Positions 56,998-64,000 of a DNA stretch of 64,000 nucleotides are shown here, piece by piece. The notes beneath the pieces are model-generated. The model was given only the letters and a program-made list of their open reading frames with translations, was not told the DNA's origin and ran no database searches. The DNA lies in the NCBI GenBank assembly GCA_963666565.1, contig OY762911.1:1440001-1504000 (forward strand), in the 5' to 3' direction. The translations under genes and the position numbers were made by a program. Position 1 is the first letter of the stretch. Every line of letters begins with the position of its first letter. This DNA is from Thermoanaerobaculia bacterium. GTDB lineage: Bacteria > Acidobacteriota > Thermoanaerobaculia > Multivoradales > Multivoraceae.

Positions 56998-57966
56998 ATG
57001 CCCGCTCGTACCGTTGGCGCCGGCACCGTCTCGTTCGGCCTGGTCTCGATTCCCGTCCGCCTGTACTCCACCTCGGAGACCTCGGGCGCGGTCCGCTTCA
57101 ATATGCTCGACCCGACCGACAACACGCGGGTCAAGCAGCAGTTGATCAACCCGCGCACCGGCGCCGAGGTGAAGCGCAAGGAGACCATCAAGGGCTACGA
57201 GTTCGGCAAGGGCCAGTACGTCACCTTCAGCGACGAGGAGATCAAGGGCCTCCAGGAGAAGGCGTCGCCCGCCATCGAGATCACCGAGTTCGTGCCGCTC
57301 GAGGAAGTCGAGCCGATCTACTTCGAGAAGTCGTACTACCTGGGTCCCGAGAAGGGCGGCGAACGCGCCTACCGGCTGCTCAGCGAGGCGATGCGGAAGA
57401 CCGGCCGTTCGGCTCTGGCCAAGCACGCGGCGCGCGGCAAACAGTACCTCGTCATGCTCCGCCCCTTCGCGTCCGGCCTGCTGATGCAGCAACTGAAGTA
57501 CGAGGACGAGCTGAAGTCGTTCGACGAGGTGCCGCTCGGCGAGGAGACGGAGCTCAAGCCGGGCGAACTGGAGCTTGCCGTGCAGTTGATCGAGCAGATC
57601 GCGTCGGACGAGTTCAAGCCCGGCGAGTACACCGACGAGGTGCGCAAGCGGCTGTGGGACGCGATCCAGAGCAAGATCGACGGCCGCGAACTGGCCGAGG
57701 ACGAGACGGAGGCGCCTCAGGCACAGATCATCGACCTGATGGAGGCGTTGAAGGCGAGCCTGTCGAAGAACGGCGAAGCCGACGCCGGCGAGTCGGCCGC
57801 CGGCGGCGCCAGACCGAAGTCCGGCGCCCGCAAGGCCGGGGCCGCCAAGCCCAATTCCGGAACCCGCAAGCCGGCCAGGAAGGCGACGGCGCCGCGCAAG
57901 GCGACGAAGAAGAAGCCGGTTCGGCGAGCCGCGAGCACGACGGCGAAGCGGGCCGTGGCCGGTTGA
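56998..57966 (+). CDS. ku: NHEJ Ku protein
   Basis: SFGLVSIPVRLY, KGYE, IYFEKSYYLGP, IIDLMEALKASL; basic C-terminal tail. Confidence 0.95.
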   Translation: MPARTVGAGTVSFGLVSIPVRLYSTSETSGAVRFNMLDPTDNTRVKQQLINPRTGAEVKRKETIKGYEFGKGQYVTFSDEEIKGLQEKASPAIEITEFVPLEEVEPIYFEKSYYLGPEKGGERAYRLLSEAMRKTGRSALAKHAARGKQYLVMLRPFASGLLMQQLKYEDELKSFDEVPLGEETELKPGELELAVQLIEQIASDEFKPGEYTDEVRKRLWDAIQSKIDGRELAEDETEAPQAQIIDLMEALKASLSKNGEADAGESAAGGARPKSGARKAGAAKPNSGTRKPARKATAPRKATKKKPVRRAASTTAKRAVAG

Positions 57967-58126
57967 CGTGAGCGACCCTTCGTGAAGGCGGGAGGCGAGG
58001 GCCGCGGCGCGACTGCCGCCCTGCCCGTTCAACAGACTGGATCCGCGCACGCGCTCCGGCGGAAACGGCTAAGGTAGCCGTTCGCCCCGGCACCCGCCCC
58101 TAGACGGCAGCACAGGAGGCATCGAG

Positions 58127-58654
58127 ATCGCACGCCCAACAAACGAGCCGCGCATCAACCACCGGATTCGGAAGAGCCCGGTACGGCTCATCGATCAGGA
58201 CGGCGCCCAGGTCGGCGTCGTTCCCCTTGAAGACGCGAAGCGACGCGCTCAGGACGCCCGACTCGATCTCGTCGAGGTCGGTCCGAACGCGGACCCGCCC
58301 GTGGTCCGCGTCATGGACTGGGGCAAGGTCAAGTTCGAGCGCGAGAAGAAGAAGCGGGAGTCGCGGAAGAAGGCGGCCACGATCGACCTGAAGGAGGTCA
58401 AGTACCGCCCGACGATCGACCCGCACGACTACCAGATCAAGACCGACCGGGCGCTTCGCTTCCTGCGGGAGGGCAAGAAGGTCAAGGTGACGATCTTCTT
58501 CCGTTACCGGCAACTCCGCCGGCCCGAACTCGGCGTCGCCATCCTGGACAAGGTGAGCGCGGCGATCGAGGGCGTGGGCGAGGTGGAGACGCGGTCCGGC
58601 CTGGAGGGCCGTCAGATGACGATGGTCCTGAACCCGGTCGCGCAGGAGGACTGA
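58127..58654 (+). CDS. infC: Translation initiation factor IF-3 (non-canonical ATC start)
   Basis: In-frame extension EPRINHRIR..PVRLIDQDG..GVV...A...LDLVEV.PNA.PPVVRVMDWGK; AGGAGG 7 nt before ATC. Confidence 0.92.
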   Translation: MARPTNEPRINHRIRKSPVRLIDQDGAQVGVVPLEDAKRRAQDARLDLVEVGPNADPPVVRVMDWGKVKFEREKKKRESRKKAATIDLKEVKYRPTIDPHDYQIKTDRALRFLREGKKVKVTIFFRYRQLRRPELGVAILDKVSAAIEGVGEVETRSGLEGRQMTMVLNPVAQED

Positions 58655-58697
58655 AGGCAGGCCGGGGCGTTCCGAACGGCTCCAGGAGCCGGCGCCG

Positions 58698-59846
<1,149 letters not shown>

Positions 59847-59916
59847 CTAGCATCCTCCCGGAGCGCGGCCGCTCGCTGGCGGGCGGCCCGCCCCGACCGG
59901 GAGAGGCGCCGAGCAA

Positions 59917-61767
59917 GTGGGAAACGACCAACGCGCGAATTGGTTCACGTGTGGCGCGAGAACGCGCCACACGGGTGCCCGCCGGCTTCCGGGAAGGGCG
60001 CGCCGCGAAGCGGCGACCGTCCTGCACGTCGCGGTCGCCGCCGCCGGCGTGTTCGCGGCTCAGGCCGCGCCCGCACACGCCCAGCGTCCCGGAGCGCCGA
60101 TCGACGTCCTGGACTACCGCTTCGAGCTCACCCTCTCCGATGAAACCGACGAGATCGAAGGCAAGGCGGCCATCGCCTTCCGCGTCCTCCGGCCGGCCGC
60201 AGAGATCGCGTTCGACCTCGACGACCCGGCGGCCGCCAGCAGCCTGGAAGCCGGCGGCAAGGCCGGCGACGGCCGGCCGGCCGGCGGCATGACCGTCTCC
60301 GCCGTCGAACTGGCCGTGCCGCCGAACCGGGCCGCTCCGCCTCTCGCGTCCGCGGCGTCCGGCCGATCCACTCGTTCCGGCCTGCCCGAACCGCCCGGCG
60401 CCGCGTCATTCGATCCGGCGCCGGCTCTGAGTTTCCGCCAGGAGGGCGACCGTCTCCATGTCCGCCTCCTCCGCGAGGCGGCGGCCGGCGAGCGGCGCCG
60501 GATCGTCGTCCACTACCGCGGCGTACCGGCCGACGGCTTCACGATCGGCCGAAACCGCCACGGCGAGCGCACCTTCTTCGCCGACAACTGGCCCGACCGG
60601 GCGCACCACTGGCTGCCGGTCGTCGACCACCCGTCGGACAAGGCGACCGTGGCCTTCGCCGTCACGGCGCCGGCGCACTACCAGGTCGTCGCCACCGGCG
60701 CCTTCGTCGAGGCGGTGGACCTGGAAGACGGCAGGCGGCGCACCGAGTGGCGCAGCCGGGCGCCGATCGCGACCAAGGTGATGGCGGTCGGCGTCGCGCG
60801 CTTCGTCCGGCAGCGCCAGGCGCTCGTCGACGGCGTGCCGGTCGAAACCTGGGTCTACCCGCAGGACCGCGAAGCCGGCCTGCGGGCGTTCGCGCCGGGG
60901 GCGCGCGTGCTGGGCGCCTTCGAGCGGCGGCTCGGCGACTACCCCTACGCCAAGCTCGCCAACGTGCAGACGACGACCCGCTGGGGCGGCCTGGAGAACG
61001 CCGGCAACGTGTTCTACGACGAGGATGCCGTCGACCGCGAAGGTGGCATCGAGACCCTGGTCGCCCACGAGATCGCCCACCAGTGGTACGGCGACTCGGT
61101 CACCGAGAGCGACTGGCCGCACGTCTGGCTGAGCGAGGGCTTCGCGACCTACCTGACCGCCTGCTACCTGGAGTGGACCTACGGGCGCGGGCGCTTCCTG
61201 GGGCAGATGGACGCGGCGCGGGAGCGGGTCCTGAGCTACGTGGAGGAAGCGCCGGACTCCGTCGTCGTGCCGGAATCCGTGCCCGACCCGCGGCGGCTGC
61301 TCAGCCCGAACGTCTACCAGAAGGCGGCCTGGGTGCTGCACATGCTCCGCGGCGAGGTCGGCGACGGCACGTTCTGGAAGGGGATGCGGATTTACTACGA
61401 GCGCTTCCGGGACCGTAACGCCTCGACCGCCGACTTCGCGGCGGTGATGGAGGAGGTCTCGGGGCGGAGGCTCGACTGGTTCTTCGATCAGTGGCTCCGC
61501 CGGCCCGGCGTGCCGGAGCTCGAGATCGAGTGGGGCTTCGACGCGGCGCCGGCGTTGGAGATCGAGGCGCGGCAGCTCGGACCGACGATCTACCGCCTGC
61601 CGCTCGACGTCGAGGCAGTCATGGCAGACGGCCGCGGCGTGCGCGGTCGCTTCGCGGTTGAGGGCGAACGGACGACCGCCACGATCCCCCTGCGCGAGCG
61701 CCCGGAGCGGCTGCGCTTCGACCCGGACGGCTGGCTCCTCATGCGGTACACGGTGGAGGAGGAGTAG
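59917..61767 (+). CDS. M1 family aminopeptidase (secreted)
   Basis: GGLEN; HEIAHQW...WLSEGFATY; VYQK; start uncertain. Confidence 0.9.
   Translation: MGNDQRANWFTCGARTRHTGARRLPGRARREAATVLHVAVAAAGVFAAQAAPAHAQRPGAPIDVLDYRFELTLSDETDEIEGKAAIAFRVLRPAAEIAFDLDDPAAASSLEAGGKAGDGRPAGGMTVSAVELAVPPNRAAPPLASAASGRSTRSGLPEPPGAASFDPAPALSFRQEGDRLHVRLLREAAAGERRRIVVHYRGVPADGFTIGRNRHGERTFFADNWPDRAHHWLPVVDHPSDKATVAFAVTAPAHYQVVATGAFVEAVDLEDGRRRTEWRSRAPIATKVMAVGVARFVRQRQALVDGVPVETWVYPQDREAGLRAFAPGARVLGAFERRLGDYPYAKLANVQTTTRWGGLENAGNVFYDEDAVDREGGIETLVAHEIAHQWYGDSVTESDWPHVWLSEGFATYLTACYLEWTYGRGRFLGQMDAARERVLSYVEEAPDSVVVPESVPDPRRLLSPNVYQKAAWVLHMLRGEVGDGTFWKGMRIYYERFRDRNASTADFAAVMEEVSGRRLDWFFDQWLRRPGVPELEIEWGFDAAPALEIEARQLGPTIYRLPLDVEAVMADGRGVRGRFAVEGERTTATIPLRERPERLRFDPDGWLLMRYTVEEE
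59998..60018 (+). repeat. REP tail remnant
   Basis: GCGCGCCGCGAAGCGGCGACC matches the tail of the 26548 copy. Confidence 0.5.
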
Positions 61768-61775
61768 CCGCCGCC

Positions 61776-62501
61776 ATGCCCGCCAGCAGCCTCTCCGCGG
61801 CCGAGGACTTCGAGCGCTCCCACGCCGGCGGCGCCTTCGGCACCGTTCTGGCCGATCCGCCCTGGCAGTTCACGAACCGCACCGGCAAGGTGGCGCCCGA
61901 GCACCGCCGGCTCAGCCGCTACGCGACGCTGACGCAGGAGGAGATCGAAGCGATTCCGGTCGCCGCCGCCTGCGCCGAGGACGCCCATCTCTACCTGTGG
62001 GTGCCGAATGCTCTCCTCCAGGAAGGCCTCGACGTGATGCAGCGCTGGGGCTTCACCTACAAGACGAACCTGGTCTGGCACAAGGTCCGCAAGGACGGCG
62101 GTCCCGACGGCCGCGGCGTCGGCTTCTACTTCCGCAACACGACGGAACTCGTCCTCTTCGGCGTGCGTGGCAAGCTCCGGACGCTCGCTCCCGGTCGCCG
62201 CCAGGTCAACATCATCCGCTCGCGCAAGCGGGAGCACTCCCGCAAGCCGGACGAGCTCTACGACATCGTCGAAGCGTGCAGCCCCGGCCCGTACCTGGAA
62301 CTCTTCGCCCGCGGCCGCCACTCGGAACGCTGGACCGTCTGGGGCGACCAGAGCACGGACTACGAACCCGACTGGCCCACCTACGCAAACGCCCGGTCCT
62401 GCCGCCAAAGGCCGCCAGGAGAACGCGCCGGCCGTCAGGCCCGCGCCGCCCCAACGGCCAGTCAGCCACGAACGCGGCGTCCCGCCGGCGTCAGGCGGTA
62501 G
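61776..62501 (+). CDS. MT-A70 family N6-adenine methyltransferase
   Basis: LADPPW, HLYLWVPN, WGFTYK, HSRKPDE and LELFAR motifs. Confidence 0.92.
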   Translation: MPASSLSAAEDFERSHAGGAFGTVLADPPWQFTNRTGKVAPEHRRLSRYATLTQEEIEAIPVAAACAEDAHLYLWVPNALLQEGLDVMQRWGFTYKTNLVWHKVRKDGGPDGRGVGFYFRNTTELVLFGVRGKLRTLAPGRRQVNIIRSRKREHSRKPDELYDIVEACSPGPYLELFARGRHSERWTVWGDQSTDYEPDWPTYANARSCRQRPPGERAGRQARAAPTASQPRTRRPAGVRR

Positions 62502-63457
62502 CGCTGGTTTCTTGCTCTGGGCACCTTGGGCCGCGTCATCTCGATCAGGCCGCCGTCGAGAGCGGGGCCGAGGTATCTCTGACGCAGCCACTTGCGGTCT
62601 CGCAGGTCCAGGGCGGCGAGCAGATCTCGCCCCGACATCTCGCCGTCCAGGACCTGCAGAAGCCGCTGTACTTGGGGGGATACTTGGGGGGATACTTGGG
62701 GGGTCGCTTCCCGCAAGGCGGCGAGGATCGCGTCCAGCACGAAACAGATGAACGGCGTGCTCTCACCTTGCCTGGAACTATCTTCGATCGCCGTGTAGTA
62801 CTCGGGCTGGCGCGTGTGCACGACGCTCTCCACCGGCACCTGTGCGAACAGCGGCTTCCAGCGGCGGAGGATGAGGGTCTGCCACAGCCGGCCGAGGCGG
62901 CCGTTGCCGTCTTCGAACGGATGGATGAACTCGAACTCGTAGTGAAACACGGAGCTCGCGATCAACGGGTGTTCGTCGGTGTCCCGCAGCCAGCCGAGGA
63001 GGTCGGCCATAAGCCCAGGCACCCGGTCGGCCGGCGGACCGATGTGATGCACGCCGTCCGGGCCGACCACGCCCACGGTGCCGGTGCGGTACCGCCCCGG
63101 CGTACCGGCGAGTTCGGCCATCATTGCAGCGTGAGCGGCCAGCAAGTCGGCCTCGCTCGCGGGCGTCCAGTCCTCGGCCAGGTCGTAGCTCCTGTTCGCG
63201 TTGCGCACCTCCTGCACATCCCTCGGCGGTCCCACGACGCGTTGGCCGTCGAGGATCGCCGACACCTGCTCCTCCGACAACACGTTGCCCTCGATGGCGA
63301 CGGAACCGTGAACCGTGCGCACCCGCGCCTCGCGCCGCAGTCGCAGGTCCAGCCCCAGTCCAGCCGCCTCGGCGTGACCGATCGCCCCGCCGATCCGCTC
63401 CACCAGGGACAGGATCCCGGGCGTGATCGTGTATGGGGGCTTGGCGGCGGGGGCCAT
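62462..63457 (-). CDS. Fic family protein with C-terminal HTH
   Basis: HPFEDGNGRLGR catalytic motif; inhibitory-type SVAIEGN motif. Confidence 0.92.
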   Translation of the reverse strand: MAPAAKPPYTITPGILSLVERIGGAIGHAEAAGLGLDLRLRREARVRTVHGSVAIEGNVLSEEQVSAILDGQRVVGPPRDVQEVRNANRSYDLAEDWTPASEADLLAAHAAMMAELAGTPGRYRTGTVGVVGPDGVHHIGPPADRVPGLMADLLGWLRDTDEHPLIASSVFHYEFEFIHPFEDGNGRLGRLWQTLILRRWKPLFAQVPVESVVHTRQPEYYTAIEDSSRQGESTPFICFVLDAILAALREATPQVSPQVSPQVQRLLQVLDGEMSGRDLLAALDLRDRKWLRQRYLGPALDGGLIEMTRPKVPRARNQRYRLTPAGRRVRG

Positions 63458-63627
63458 GCCCGAGACTCTTGCACAGCCTGACCCGCACGGGCCGAGGCGC
63501 GGCGTGGAACCAGCGCTTTCGGGAGCCAACGGTTCGGGTATGCGGCGCTGACGCGTGCCCGCGGCGGCCGTAGCGCGGCAGAACCCTGGCCGCGCTACGA
63601 TGCGTTCGTCCGCTGAAGGAGACGACC

Positions 63628-63915
63628 ATGTGCAGGAACATCCGCGTCCTCTACAACTTCGAGCCGCCGGCCAGCGCCGGTGAGGTCCGCGCCGCGGCGC
63701 TCCAGTACGTTCGCAAGGTCAGCGGTTCGACCAAGCCGTCGCGCGCCAACGAGGCGGCCTTCGAGCGCGCGGTCGATGCGGTTGCCGTGGCCACGGCCGA
63801 ACTGCTCGGCGAGCTGACGACGACCGCGCCGCCGCGCGACCGGGAGGTCGAGGCCGAGAAGGCGCGTGCACGCTGGCGCAAGCGGCAGCGGCGGATGGCT
63901 GCGGCGCCCGCGTAG
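63628..63915 (+). CDS. DUF2277 family protein
   Basis: MCRNIRVLYNFEPPA...AAALQYVRKVSG; AAGGAG RBS. Confidence 0.88.
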   Translation: MCRNIRVLYNFEPPASAGEVRAAALQYVRKVSGSTKPSRANEAAFERAVDAVAVATAELLGELTTTAPPRDREVEAEKARARWRKRQRRMAAAPA

Positions 63916-64000
63916 AAGGGCGCGGCTTCGCGGCGGCGGCCGCACCCGCCCGTCTTGGGTCAGGAGGGGTCGGCGCCCAGGTGACGCGCGCGCTCGAGAG

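Noticed and set aside
62669-62703. 12-bp G-rich repeat in fic as a phase-variation switch
   Set aside because: In-frame PQVS linker repeat that is also present in the paralogous fragment; unit changes would not shift the frame.

Overview
High-GC bacterial chromosomal window with about 52 protein-coding genes. No rRNA, tRNA, CRISPR array or intact transposase was recognised. An ADOP-type permease with PadR, DUF1501/DUF1553 genes, PQQ enzymes and an Oar-like TonB-dependent receptor point to an Acidobacteriota-like organism; a host-associated (e.g. sponge) lifestyle is only an inference. Recognisable housekeeping and repair genes are ligD/ku, infC (ATC start, detached from rpmI-rplT), frmA, ggt and a ybdK-like ligase. 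Accessory genes include two TA pairs, AAA ATPases, a Fic gene plus a truncated paralogue, and an orphan MT-A70 methyltransferase. Three items stand out. (1) A two-gene eukaryote-like sterol-tailoring cassette (ERG6/SMT-like sterol C24-methyltransferase plus Neverland/DAF-36-like Rieske sterol 7-desaturase) bracketed by direct repeats, with no sterol synthesis genes in the window. (2) A single 1318-aa ORF fusing an inner-membrane MFS transporter to an outer-membrane TonB-dependent receptor through an internal signal peptide, a candidate polyprotein. (3) A dispersed REP-like hairpin family (about 14 core copies) with compensatory stem changes, which flanks genes and is read in-frame into some N-termini. 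All product calls come from motif recognition by eye, not from database searches.
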